From Candidatus Latescibacterota bacterium (GTDB lineage Bacteria; Latescibacterota; UBA2968), in the NCBI GenBank assembly GCA_965198115.1, contig OZ240241.1:4288001-4352000 (forward strand): 64,000 bases of DNA, given 5' to 3'. Of this stretch, positions 1-9,355 are shown piece by piece; the stretch's first letter is position 1; every line of letters begins with the position of its first letter. The position numbers were made by a program, and so were the translations under genes. The notes under the pieces were generated by a model. The model made no database searches, was not told the origin of the DNA, and saw nothing but the letters and a program-made list of their open reading frames with translations.

Positions 1-33
1 CCGCAACCAAAAGGAAAAAATAGACGAGCGCCC

Positions 34-438
34 TCAACGCTTCTCCACCCTTGCCGCAAACGTCACCGATGATCCCTCCGATGTTCGAAGTGTGAGAGGC
101 ACGTCGTTTCCTTCGCTAATAGTATAGGTCGGATTGATCAGCATCAGATGCTTTCCGCCCGGGCTCAGGCTCGTCGTCTCACCGGGCTCCAGAACTAGCG
201 TCCTCAGTCGTCGCATTCTCATCACGCCCTGCCCATCCGTCGTCATCTCGTGGATTTCGACAGCCTCGAAAGCCGGCGACGAAGCCCCTGTGACCCGAAC
301 TGTATCGCCCGTCCGATTCGTCACATCGAAGTAGGCAGCGGTCACGCTTTGCGTCGGCAGGATGGGTCGCACCCATCCACTCCCCACCTCGAGCCCAGCC
401 GATTCCTCCCCACAAGCCCACACGGAAAGCAAAAGCAA
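34..438 (-). CDS. Copper chaperone PCu(A)C, probable lipoprotein (start uncertain)
   Basis: Motifs W.R...TAAYF, VEIHEM, MRMRR and L.PGGKHLML match PCuAC; N-terminal VWAC resembles a lipobox. Confidence 0.85.
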   Translation of the reverse strand: MLLLSVWACGEESAGLEVGSGWVRPILPTQSVTAAYFDVTNRTGDTVRVTGASSPAFEAVEIHEMTTDGQGVMRMRRLRTLVLEPGETTSLSPGGKHLMLINPTYTISEGNDVPLTLRTSEGSSVTFAARVEKR

Positions 439-534
439 AAAAGTCCACCGTGGACGTCTAACGACTGCCGCGTTGTCCGACGCGCGACGATCCTGTGAGT
501 CAGGAATCTTCTGTGTGCTCTGTGTACTCAGTGG

Positions 535-888
535 CTAATCTTCCCCCTGTAGCGAAACCACGTACGCCGCGATCTTCTCACGATCTGCCGGCGATATGTG
601 CGGATACCCCGGCATCTTTCCCCCGTCCATTCTCGTGCCCATCTCGATCGTCTTCGCCATGTCGGCAATGTCTCGACCCTGCTTGTATCCACTGAGATCC
701 CGAAAATCGCGCGGGCGCGGCCGAAAGTTCTCCGCCATAGGCCCGTCCCCGCGGCCATCACGGCCGTGACAGAGTACACACCCATTGGACGCGTAGAGTT
801 TTCTCCCCTCCACGACCGACGGAGTACTCTCATCGTCCCCGGAACAGGAGATGACCATAGCGAAGACAAACGAAACCAAGCATCTCAC
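535..888 (-). CDS. Mono-haem c-type cytochrome lipoprotein
   Basis: CVLCH haem-binding motif, GRGDGP, distal Met in KMPGY; signal peptide ending VISC. Confidence 0.85.
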   Translation of the reverse strand: MRCLVSFVFAMVISCSGDDESTPSVVEGRKLYASNGCVLCHGRDGRGDGPMAENFRPRPRDFRDLSGYKQGRDIADMAKTIEMGTRMDGGKMPGYPHISPADREKIAAYVVSLQGED

Positions 889-1238
889 GCTCCCTGCAAC
901 ATCCTTCCCAACCTGCGTCCCCCGAGGAGGTGCATATGAACGTGATAGACTTCCTGTCCTCCGTCGTTGCCGCAGTTGACGATAAGACGGTATCCACCTT
1001 CATCGATTCCTTCGTCACGTGCGATCTTTGCTGCCGTAGTGAATAAACGGCCCAACGCCACTTCGTCTTCTGTCTCCACGTCCCTCACCGTCGGAATCAC
1101 CTTGTTCGGAATGATCAGCACGTGCGTCGGCGCCTGGGGATTGATGTCCCTGAACGCCGTCACGAGGTCATCCTGATACACGATGTCCGCCGGTATCTCC
1201 TTGCGGACGATCTTGCTGAAAATCGTCTCTTCGGCCAT
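885..1238 (-). CDS. hinT: Histidine triad (HIT) nucleotide-binding protein
   Basis: [23 protein letters not shown] and the HVHMH triad. Confidence 0.92.
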   Translation of the reverse strand: MAEETIFSKIVRKEIPADIVYQDDLVTAFRDINPQAPTHVLIIPNKVIPTVRDVETEDEVALGRLFTTAAKIARDEGIDEGGYRLIVNCGNDGGQEVYHVHMHLLGGRRLGRMLQGA

Positions 1239-1338
1239 CTCAATCCCTCATCTCGAGTGCGCGGACTGGTCACGGACCTTTTCCGAATCCAGGGTCACCA
1301 CACGAAGACTTCGTCTTGCGGAAGCTCAACAGATCGAA

Positions 1339-1746
1339 TCATATGCCCGACGGGTCGACTCGACGAATGCCAGTGACCTCATCAAAGTCACGATCGGTGG
1401 TGACGATCGTATCCAGACCGTTGTTCTGCATCGTAGCGATGTGAATGGCATCGCGGGGGGAGAGCGAGGGGCTGTTCTTGTAGAGTGTCGCTGCAACCCT
1501 CAGATCTGGTCTCGTAACCGGGAGCAAGTTGGGGAACAGATCGATCAGATCGTGCGTGACCTCGGAGGCCAACTCTCGAGACCCTCGTCGGGAGAGCGCG
1601 AAAAGGACCTCCTGTATGACTTCCGTGTTCGTTTCTCCCTCGAGCCTTTCCTGCTCCAGCGCTCGCAGAACGGCTTGACACGGAGCCTTGAGTGCGTGTT
1701 CGCGACCGATCGCATACAGGAAGACGTTCGTGTCGATGAAGACCAT
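1339..1746 (-). CDS. vapC: Type II TA toxin, PIN domain (VapC family)
   Basis: FIDTNVFLY, EVIQE, RDAIHIAT and TTDRDF PIN acidic motifs. Confidence 0.9.
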   Translation of the reverse strand: MVFIDTNVFLYAIGREHALKAPCQAVLRALEQERLEGETNTEVIQEVLFALSRRGSRELASEVTHDLIDLFPNLLPVTRPDLRVAATLYKNSPSLSPRDAIHIATMQNNGLDTIVTTDRDFDEVTGIRRVDPSGI

Positions 1747-1982
1747 CAGGAATGCCGATTCTCAATTTCGGTCTTCAGTTCCTCCCAGTCCGGCAAGGGG
1801 ATGGCGTGTTCTGTGAGGCGGTCGACAATTGCCTTTTTGTCGCTCGATCCGGTGCCGTATTTCTCACGGACGGCTTCGCGAACCAATTCCGCGACCGAGC
1901 ACCCTTTGTAGTGGGCGATGCTTTCCAGCCGCTCGTATTCGACCGGCTCCATCAAGATCTGAGCGCGCTTAGACCGTGCCAT
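1746..1982 (-). CDS. Antitoxin, ribbon-helix-helix/CopG type (VapB-like)
   Basis: KRAQILM...SVAELVREAV RHH pattern; stop overlaps the toxin start; AAAGGAGG RBS before the ATG at 1982. Confidence 0.8.
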   Translation of the reverse strand: MARSKRAQILMEPVEYERLESIAHYKGCSVAELVREAVREKYGTGSSDKKAIVDRLTEHAIPLPDWEELKTEIENRHS

Positions 1983-1998
1983 TGACAACCTCCTTTGA

Positions 1999-2038
1999 TA
2001 TACTTATCAGTATAAGTATACATATAGCCGACGTCAAG
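1999..2038 (-). promoter_or_regulatory. vapBC sigma70 promoter with palindromic operator
   Basis: TTGACG and TATACT boxes on the minus strand; perfect IR TATACTTAT-N4-ATAAGTATA at 1999-2020. Confidence 0.65.
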
Positions 2039-2089
2039 CCGTAATTGCGGGACTGCCAACGACCGCCTACGCCAAGCGGAGCCAGCTTC

Positions 2090-3580
2090 TTGAAATATGA
2101 CACCATCATCGTTGGAGCTGGAGCAGCGGGCTGCGTCCTCGCATCAAGGTTGTCACAAGACCCATCCAGATCCGTCCTCCTGATCGAAGCCGGACCGGAC
2201 TTCCCCGACACGGAATCCCTCCCCGATGACGTGCGTCTCGGCTACAGTACGTCGTCCGGCACGGTCGCTCGAGGCCACGACTGGGGCTATGTCGCCAAGG
2301 CCGCTTCCCGGACCGAACCTATCATCCGCGGGAAGCTCGTCGGGGGGTCGAGCGCCGTCAACGCGCAGATCTATCTATGGGGACTCCCCTACGACTTCGA
2401 TCGATGGGTCGACTTGGGGAACGATGCGTGGTCGTGGTCCGCCGTCGAACGCTGGTTCCAAAAGGTCGAAACCGATCTCGACTTCGTTGACGGTCACGGT
2501 CAGGACGGACCGATCCAGGTGCGAAGGTATCAGCGTGCAGAATGGCTCGACGCCCAGTCTGCGTTCTATGCGGCCTGCCGCGACGCGGGCTTCGCCGATT
2601 GTCCCGACCTGAACCAGCCATACGCCACGGGAGTCGGCCCTTTCCCGATGAACAATCCTGGAGGCATTCGCATCAGCGCCGCGATCGGTTACCTGAACCC
2701 CGTCCGTGGGCGACCCAACCTCACCGTTTTTGCGAACACGACTGCCCACCGGATCCGTTTCGACGACGCCAGGCCGGTTGGCATCGAGATTGGACACAAC
2801 GGCGAGGTCCAATCGATCGACGCCAACGAGGTCGTCGTCTCGTGCGGCGCCATCGGCACGCCTCTTCTGCTCCAGCGATCAGGCATAGGCGACGCGACCA
2901 ACCTGATGTCTCACGGGGTTGACTCGATCGTCAACTTGCCCGGTGTCGGACACAACCTCCGCGACCATCCCGCCGTTCCGATCTACTGGCAGGCCAACGG
3001 CACGGGCCCGACGGACACGCACTGGCACCAGGTCGGTCTGCGGTATACGGCAGAGGACTCCACTGACAAAGACGACATGATCGTCTACGTCGCTCATCTC
3101 CGCGATGAGCCGAAACTCCTGATGCGACCAACCGTCAACTTGGCTGAAAGCGCAGGCCGCCTCACCATCGCATCACCAGACCCACACGACGACCCGCACA
3201 TCGACTACGGAATGTTCGCTCACCCGCTTGATAGAAAACGAATGCGCGAGGCCATCCGTCTGTGCCGGGACCTGGTTCGTCACGACGCATTCTCCGCCCA
3301 CATCACCGCGTTGCTGCAACCATCCGATGCCGATCTCGCATCGGACGATGCGCTGGACGCCTGGATCCTCCACCACGCCACGACCGGCCACCACGTCAGT
3401 GGCACGTGCAAGATGGGCTCCGCGACGGACCCGCTCGCCGTCGTCGATCAACAGGGCCGCGTCCACGGGGTCGACAACCTTCGCGTCATCGACGCATCGA
3501 TTATGCCCGATTGTGTCCGCGCCAACATCCACGCCACCGTCCTGATGATGGCCGAACGCCTCGCCTCCACGTGGTCGTAG
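2090..3580 (+). CDS. GMC family FAD oxidoreductase (choline dehydrogenase-like); start probably the TTG at 2090
   Basis: GAGAAG dinucleotide fold, GKLVGGSSAVN, SGIG, NLRDHP, HVSGTCKMG, LRVIDASIMP. Confidence 0.9.
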   Translation: MKYDTIIVGAGAAGCVLASRLSQDPSRSVLLIEAGPDFPDTESLPDDVRLGYSTSSGTVARGHDWGYVAKAASRTEPIIRGKLVGGSSAVNAQIYLWGLPYDFDRWVDLGNDAWSWSAVERWFQKVETDLDFVDGHGQDGPIQVRRYQRAEWLDAQSAFYAACRDAGFADCPDLNQPYATGVGPFPMNNPGGIRISAAIGYLNPVRGRPNLTVFANTTAHRIRFDDARPVGIEIGHNGEVQSIDANEVVVSCGAIGTPLLLQRSGIGDATNLMSHGVDSIVNLPGVGHNLRDHPAVPIYWQANGTGPTDTHWHQVGLRYTAEDSTDKDDMIVYVAHLRDEPKLLMRPTVNLAESAGRLTIASPDPHDDPHIDYGMFAHPLDRKRMREAIRLCRDLVRHDAFSAHITALLQPSDADLASDDALDAWILHHATTGHHVSGTCKMGSATDPLAVVDQQGRVHGVDNLRVIDASIMPDCVRANIHATVLMMAERLASTWS

Positions 3581-3708
3581 GGGCGTATTGCCCAGTATCG
3601 AGGCCCGAACGATAAGACGCACAAGGCGAAGCCTGTTGGCGCGTTCGGGTTGACGTGACCTACCCAACATCCGTATATTCAGCGCAGGTTCTTTGACAGA
3701 CATCATTA

Positions 3709-3873
3709 GGATTCAGGTGACGGCTGAGTCGTCAGCCGTAAGAGGGAAGACGGTGCAAATCCGTCGCGGGCCCGCCGCTGTAACCGGGTTGGCTCACGTC
3801 GAACGTCACTGGCCGCAAGGCTGGGAAGACGCGTGAGTCGGTAAACCGGAAGCCAGAAGACCTGCCTGAATCC
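3709..3873 (+). ncRNA. Cobalamin (B12) riboswitch
   Basis: AGGGAA-GACGGTGCAAATCCG, GCCCGCCGCTGTAA, CACTG...CTGGGAAG and B12 box AGCCAGAAGACCTGCC; P1 GGATTCAGG/CCTGAATCC; lies upstream of B12 uptake genes. Confidence 0.95.
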
Positions 3874-3937
3874 GTCGCATTCGAACTTCCTCGAGGACAG
3901 GGAGCGAAGCCACCGGACAGGCGTTTACGCACGCGTG

Positions 3938-3973
3938 CCCCGCTTCCCTGAGGGAAGTCGGGGTTCTTTTTTT
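3938..3973 (+). terminator. Riboswitch expression-platform terminator
   Basis: CCCCGCTTCCC-TGA-GGGAAGTCGGGG hairpin followed by a T run. Confidence 0.75.
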
Positions 3974-6164
3974 GCGCTTTACGTTCTCCATCGGTCTTTT
4001 GCTCGCGTCCTTCTGCGGTGTCGTCGATGCCACTACGCTCGACGGCATCGTAACCATCGTCGATTCCGGACAGCCTCTTGCGGGCGCAACGGTCCGGCTA
4101 GCCGGTACCGAACGTGCGGCGGAGACAGACGCGTTCGGTCGATTCCGCTTCAGCGATCTGCCCCAGGGCGACTACCGAATCGAAGTCCGCCACGTCGGCT
4201 ACCACACATCGTCGCTCGACGTCGCGATCGGAAGTGACTTCCTTCCGCTCTCCATCGCTCTCGTCCCTCAACCGATCCCCCTCGACGATCTCTCGGTCAC
4301 CGCTCACCCCGACCCGGACATCGCTCGACAGCCGGCTTTCTCGGTCATCATCCCGCGCGAAGCGTTCGAAGGTCGTGCAACGACCCTGCCCGAAGTCCTT
4401 TCCGCCACGACGGGAGTCCAGGTTCGATCGCTCGGGGGAATGGGCGCATTCAGCACGATCTCTGTCCGCGGCTCGTCTAGTGAACAGGTCGATGTCTACC
4501 TCGACGGGATCTCTCTCAACACTGCCCTTGGCGGAGGGATCGACCTCAGCAATCTGCCGCTGTCGCATATCGGCCGAATCGAAGTACGGCGTGGCGCCGG
4601 CCAGGACGGCCACGGACTTGGCGGGACCGTTCACATACGCACGAGAGCGATCGCCGATAAAACCCCGCCCGGGGTCTTTGCGTCGTGGGGCTCATTCGAC
4701 ACTCGATCGATCAGCGCCGTCTGGACGGCTCGATCGGGCCGTTGGCGCTCTCTCTTCGTAGTCGACTACGCTGCGAGCGACAATGACTTTCCCTTCCTGG
4801 ACGATAACGGCACGGAGTACAACGCCAACGACGATGCCGTCGTTCAACGGCGGAACAGCGATGTGTCCTCGGGTAGCGTGCTCGCAAAATCGCGTTTCCG
4901 GCTGACCGAAGCTCGCAGCCTGTCTCTTCATCAGACCCTGTTCTGGAAACGCCAGGGCATTCCAGGCCTCAGCAACAATCAGTCGACCGATGCCCGTTTC
5001 GACACATTCCGCAGCCTCACCGAGATCGTCTACGAAGACAGGGCATTCTTCGACCGCCTCTTCTCCCGACAGACGTTCTACTTCACACACACTGGTGAGT
5101 CTTTCGAAGACATCGTTGGGGAGGTCGGCGTGGGTCGGCAGAACAACGAAGACCGTACACGATCGATCGGCTGGCGCACCGAAACCCGCTGGCCGTTCCC
5201 CACCGGGCATCTGATCCGGCTGATCACCGATGTCGGCCGCGAGACGTTCGACCCTACCGCCCACATCCAGCTCATCACGCCACTGTTCGCCGCTCGGCGA
5301 ATGAGGTTTGCCGGAGGAACGAGCGCGGATCTCACCCTCCCGCGTGACATCGGCGTGTGGTCCTCGCGAGTAGACGCGCGACAACTTCGTAGCCGTCTCG
5401 AGGGTCGAAATCCATTCGCATTCTCACCACAGGCCCCCGACAGCAGTCAGACGCAAACGTCGATCAGCGCAAGCACGGGCATCCGCATCGACATTACGAG
5501 CACGCTCTCGTTCAGGGCCAACACCGGTCGTTCCGAGCGCGCTCCCAGCTTTTACGAGCTGTTCGGCGACCGGGGTGGCGTCGTCGGCAACACGAGAATC
5601 CGTCCAGAACGCGCCTACACGTGGGACACTGGATTTCGCTATGGCGGTCCCACGCTCGGGGCCGAGGCAGCCTACTTCGACCATCGCTACAACGACCTCA
5701 TCCAGTTCTTTCAGACATCGCAGGCCACCTCCCGGCCGCACAACATCGGGAAGGCGCGGGTCCGAGGATTGGAACTCAGCGGCTCCGTTACGACTGCGTC
5801 TTGGGCCGTCGGTTTCAACTACACCCTTCAGGACGCAAGCGACCGATCGAATAGTCCGAGCCGAACCGGGAAGACCCTGCCCAACCGGCCGCGGCACGCA
5901 TTGGCTTTCCATACGACCACGAAGTTCCACGGTGTCTCAACGCGGTATGACTACACCTTCCAGGGCGGGAACTTCCTCGACCCCGCCAACCGGCGTCCAC
6001 TCGATCCGCGACATCTTCACGGTGCAGTCGTTCACCTGGACGTGTCTCCGTCTGTTCGACTCGGGCTTGAGGCCAGGAATATCACGAACGCCCAGATCAA
6101 CGACGTTTGGGGCTATCCGCTGCCCGGACGCGCGTGGTTCGTCAACGTCCAAACAGTTCCGTAG
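3972..6164 (+). CDS. TonB-dependent receptor, probable cobalamin transporter (BtuB-like), with N-terminal CarboxypepD_reg-like domain
   Basis: Signal peptide; plug motif ISVRGS...VYLDG...IEVRRG; RAPSFYELF; C-terminal NITN..YPLPGR; directly under a B12 riboswitch. Confidence 0.88.
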   Translation: MRFTFSIGLLLASFCGVVDATTLDGIVTIVDSGQPLAGATVRLAGTERAAETDAFGRFRFSDLPQGDYRIEVRHVGYHTSSLDVAIGSDFLPLSIALVPQPIPLDDLSVTAHPDPDIARQPAFSVIIPREAFEGRATTLPEVLSATTGVQVRSLGGMGAFSTISVRGSSSEQVDVYLDGISLNTALGGGIDLSNLPLSHIGRIEVRRGAGQDGHGLGGTVHIRTRAIADKTPPGVFASWGSFDTRSISAVWTARSGRWRSLFVVDYAASDNDFPFLDDNGTEYNANDDAVVQRRNSDVSSGSVLAKSRFRLTEARSLSLHQTLFWKRQGIPGLSNNQSTDARFDTFRSLTEIVYEDRAFFDRLFSRQTFYFTHTGESFEDIVGEVGVGRQNNEDRTRSIGWRTETRWPFPTGHLIRLITDVGRETFDPTAHIQLITPLFAARRMRFAGGTSADLTLPRDIGVWSSRVDARQLRSRLEGRNPFAFSPQAPDSSQTQTSISASTGIRIDITSTLSFRANTGRSERAPSFYELFGDRGGVVGNTRIRPERAYTWDTGFRYGGPTLGAEAAYFDHRYNDLIQFFQTSQATSRPHNIGKARVRGLELSGSVTTASWAVGFNYTLQDASDRSNSPSRTGKTLPNRPRHALAFHTTTKFHGVSTRYDYTFQGGNFLDPANRRPLDPRHLHGAVVHLDVSPSVRLGLEARNITNAQINDVWGYPLPGRAWFVNVQTVP

Positions 6165-6172
6165 GAGGAACT

Positions 6173-7441
6173 ATGTTTTGCTCTCTCGTTCGATCCCTGA
6201 TCACAACCGTGATGTTCGTTTCGGTCGCCCACGGGGAGCCGAGAACCATCGTGACGACGACCGACTTCACGACCGGAAGCCTCTCCTCGGTCGACGACGC
6301 GGGAACAGTCACGGACGACCTTCTCCTCATCCACAGTGACGCGCGTGTACGCGTGTTCGGAAACCGTGTCTACATCATCAACCGGCTCGGCCAGGACAAC
6401 ATCATCGTGCTCGACAAGGACGACCTCGCAATGCCCCTCACACAGTTCTCAACGGGCGACGGTAGCAACCCGCACGAAATGATCGTCGTCAGCGACGAGA
6501 AGGCCTACGTTTCGGTTTATGGGAAGGACTACCTGCTTGTCGTCAACCCGGCGACTGGAGACTCGTCGGATATCATCAGTCTCTCCTCCTTCTCGGACGC
6601 CGACGGTCTACCTGAAGCTTCCCAGCTCGCATTTTATGCAGGGCATCTCTTCGTCGCGTGTCAACGACTGGATCGGGATGCTCCTCTCTTCGCCCCTACT
6701 GAATTCAGCACGATCGCCGTCGTCGATGTTTCATCGGACGCGCTGGTGGACATGGATCCCACGAGCCCGGAGATGGATGGGATCCGCCTTACGGCTAGCC
6801 AGCCGTTTGGGGCGGCCCAGCGCGGCCCCTGGTGGGTTCTGGCCGAAGTTGGGACATTCGGTGCCAACGACGGTGGCATCGAAGTTGTGGATCTGATCAA
6901 CCGTGAAGTCAGTGGCATTCTCGTTTCTGAGGAGGCCCTGGGAAATGACGTCAACGCCATCGCGATGGTCAGCGACAGTGAAGGTTATGTCGTGCTGTCA
7001 AGTTCGATTCCCCCGTTTCCGAATTTTGTGCGGCGCTTCAACCTTGGCACGGGGGAAGTATCTGCTACCCTTGAAGGCGTCACTACTGGCTACATTTCGA
7101 CCTTGGTTTCCGCGCCAGGCCGACTCTACGTCGCGGACCGGAGTACCTTCGACGCTCCCGACGAAGCGGGGGTGAGGGTCTTCGATTCAGCAACCGAATC
7201 CCTCATCCAAGGACCACTCGCCACGTCGCTTCCACCCTTCGACATCGCCATTGTTGATGTGGTTCGGAGCGACTTCGACGGAAACGGAAACGTCGATTTT
7301 ACCGACTTCCTCACCTTCGCCACCGCGTTCGAAACATCGCACGGCGATGAAACGTTCTCCTCCAGCTCCGATCTGGACACGAACGGGACCGTCGACTTTG
7401 CTGACTTCCTGATCTTCGCTTCGGAATACGACGGGCCGTAA
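6173..7441 (+). CDS. Secreted YncE/BtuG-like beta-propeller with C-terminal dockerin/EF-hand-like pair
   Basis: Blade repeats (VYIINR, NPHEM..VSDEKAYVS, LFVACQ, RLYVADR); two DxDGNGxVDFxDFL loops; AGGAGG RBS. Confidence 0.7.
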   Translation: MFCSLVRSLITTVMFVSVAHGEPRTIVTTTDFTTGSLSSVDDAGTVTDDLLLIHSDARVRVFGNRVYIINRLGQDNIIVLDKDDLAMPLTQFSTGDGSNPHEMIVVSDEKAYVSVYGKDYLLVVNPATGDSSDIISLSSFSDADGLPEASQLAFYAGHLFVACQRLDRDAPLFAPTEFSTIAVVDVSSDALVDMDPTSPEMDGIRLTASQPFGAAQRGPWWVLAEVGTFGANDGGIEVVDLINREVSGILVSEEALGNDVNAIAMVSDSEGYVVLSSSIPPFPNFVRRFNLGTGEVSATLEGVTTGYISTLVSAPGRLYVADRSTFDAPDEAGVRVFDSATESLIQGPLATSLPPFDIAIVDVVRSDFDGNGNVDFTDFLTFATAFETSHGDETFSSSSDLDTNGTVDFADFLIFASEYDGP

Positions 7442-7448
7442 CGAATAG

Positions 7449-8039
7449 ATGTCTGACATCAAGGCCATACCACCCAGCGACCGCATCGATTCACATCATT
7501 GCCTGCACGTCTACTACGGCTATGGGAAAGGCAAGACGACAAGCTGTATGGGGCTGGCGCTCCGAGCGGCGGGTTCAGGTCACAGAGTCGCCATCGTTCA
7601 GTTCGACAAGGGGTACGATGGCGAAGTCGAGCACTACGCCGAGCGAAATGTGTTGCGCACCATCGAGGGCGTGGATCTGCATCCTACCGGAGCCGAACGA
7701 ATGCAGGGCGACGGCAGTTTTCGCTTCGGTGTAGAGTCGCGGGACATCGACGAAGCAAAGCGGGGTGTCGGGATCGCGCGTGAATTCCTCGAATCGGGCA
7801 ACCAGCACGTCCTCATCCTCGACGAAGTCCTGGCGGCCGTCGCCTACGACCTGCTCCCCGAATCAGAAGTGATGTCGCTCATCGACTTCTACGATGCCAA
7901 CCGAGGCTGCGAGCTCGTGATGTCCGGTCACAAAGTGTGGGAAAGCCTGATCGAGCGCGCCGACCTGGTAACAGAAATGCGCAAGGTCAAACACTACTAC
8001 GCCAAAGGCGTCCCCGCACGTCCCGGCATCGAATTTTAG
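7449..8039 (+). CDS. cobO: Cob(I)yrinic acid a,c-diamide adenosyltransferase (CobA/CobO/BtuR)
   Basis: YYGYGKGKTT P-loop, ILDE, ADLVTEMRKVKH.Y..G..AR.GIEF. Confidence 0.92.
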   Translation: MSDIKAIPPSDRIDSHHCLHVYYGYGKGKTTSCMGLALRAAGSGHRVAIVQFDKGYDGEVEHYAERNVLRTIEGVDLHPTGAERMQGDGSFRFGVESRDIDEAKRGVGIAREFLESGNQHVLILDEVLAAVAYDLLPESEVMSLIDFYDANRGCELVMSGHKVWESLIERADLVTEMRKVKHYYAKGVPARPGIEF

Positions 8040-8230
8040 CGATTCTTGGCGCCCCTCAGTGACTGACCTGCTGGAGCCTGCACGAAGTCGAAGTGACAGA
8101 CATACTCGGGGACGCGGATCCTTATTCTTACGAAGACAATCGCCGTGAGCCCGAGTGCCCTTCGACGCTGGCGTCGAAGGGTGTAACGAAGGCCGCGCAC
8201 CTTAAACCTGACACCTGACGACTGGCAAAT

Positions 8231-9355
8231 ATGACCCCCAGATTGCTCGCTTACGTCGCAGCCCTGCTCATCCTCCTGGGCCCCACCCACGCCGCCGACC
8301 TCTTCCCCCACAAGGCAGAGATCCGACACGCGACCGGCTTCGAGGTCAGCTACCACGACACCTATAAGATCGTTCGCGTCCTCCGGCCCTGGAAGGGCGC
8401 GAGAGAGACGTTCACTTACGTGCTGGTCCAGGAAGGCACTCCGCGACCCGAGGGCTACGAGGATGCCCAGACAATCACGGTCCCCGTCCGTCGTTTTGTC
8501 GCCCTTTCGTCGACCTACTTGCCCCACGTGGAAAAAATAGATGCCATCGATCGCCTGATCGGACTTGGAAAGGCGTCTTTCGTCTACTCTCCGGCCATCC
8601 GCGCCGAAATTGCAAACGGAAGGATCGTCGAAACGGGGTCCGACGGGAGCCTAAACATCGAAACGCTCGTCTCGCTCTCCCCCGATCTCGTCATGTCCTA
8701 CGGGTCGGGGAACCCCGCCGGCGACGTGCACCCCAAGCTGATGGAAGTCGGCATACCTGCGGCTGTCAACGGTGAATTCATGGAACCCAGCCCCCTCGGT
8801 CGTGCCGAATGGCTGAAGTTCACAGCCCTCTTCTTCAACCTCGAAAAGAGGGCCGAAGTCGCCTTCAAAGAGGTCGAGACGGACTACCTTCGTCTCGCTA
8901 CCCTGACATCCGGCATCGATCATCGGCCGACGGTCTTCACAAACATCAGCTGGCACGGGGTCTGGCACGCATCAGGAGGACGGAGTTTCATGGCTCGGAT
9001 GCTCGATGACGCGGGGGCCGACTACATTTGGAAGGACGATCAGAGCGATCGGAGTATCCCTCTCGACTTCGAAGCCGTCCTCGACAGGGCCCTGCACGCT
9101 CGATACTGGATCAACACGGGTCAGTGGACGTCGCGTCAACAGGCGCTCGCAAACGACGAACGCTACGCCACGTTCGATGCGTTCAAAACAGGTCATATGT
9201 ACAACCACAACGCACGGGCGAATGACACGGGCGGCGACGACTACTGGGAATCGGGTGTCGCGAATCCCCACCTCGTGCTCGCCGACCTGATCAAGATTTT
9301 TCACCCCCATCTGCTGCCCGATCACACGCTGCACTACTATCGGCGGTTGCCCTGA
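8231..9355 (+). CDS. ABC transporter substrate-binding protein (cobalamin/iron complex)
   Basis: Signal peptide; PVRRFVALSST, E.SPLGRAEWLKF, YWESGVANP..VLADLI. Confidence 0.88.
   Translation: MTPRLLAYVAALLILLGPTHAADLFPHKAEIRHATGFEVSYHDTYKIVRVLRPWKGARETFTYVLVQEGTPRPEGYEDAQTITVPVRRFVALSSTYLPHVEKIDAIDRLIGLGKASFVYSPAIRAEIANGRIVETGSDGSLNIETLVSLSPDLVMSYGSGNPAGDVHPKLMEVGIPAAVNGEFMEPSPLGRAEWLKFTALFFNLEKRAEVAFKEVETDYLRLATLTSGIDHRPTVFTNISWHGVWHASGGRSFMARMLDDAGADYIWKDDQSDRSIPLDFEAVLDRALHARYWINTGQWTSRQQALANDERYATFDAFKTGHMYNHNARANDTGGDDYWESGVANPHLVLADLIKIFHPHLLPDHTLHYYRRLP

Noticed and set aside
1183-1911. 242-aa plus-strand ORF opposite vapBC
   Set aside because: Antisense to well-supported genes and has no recognisable domain
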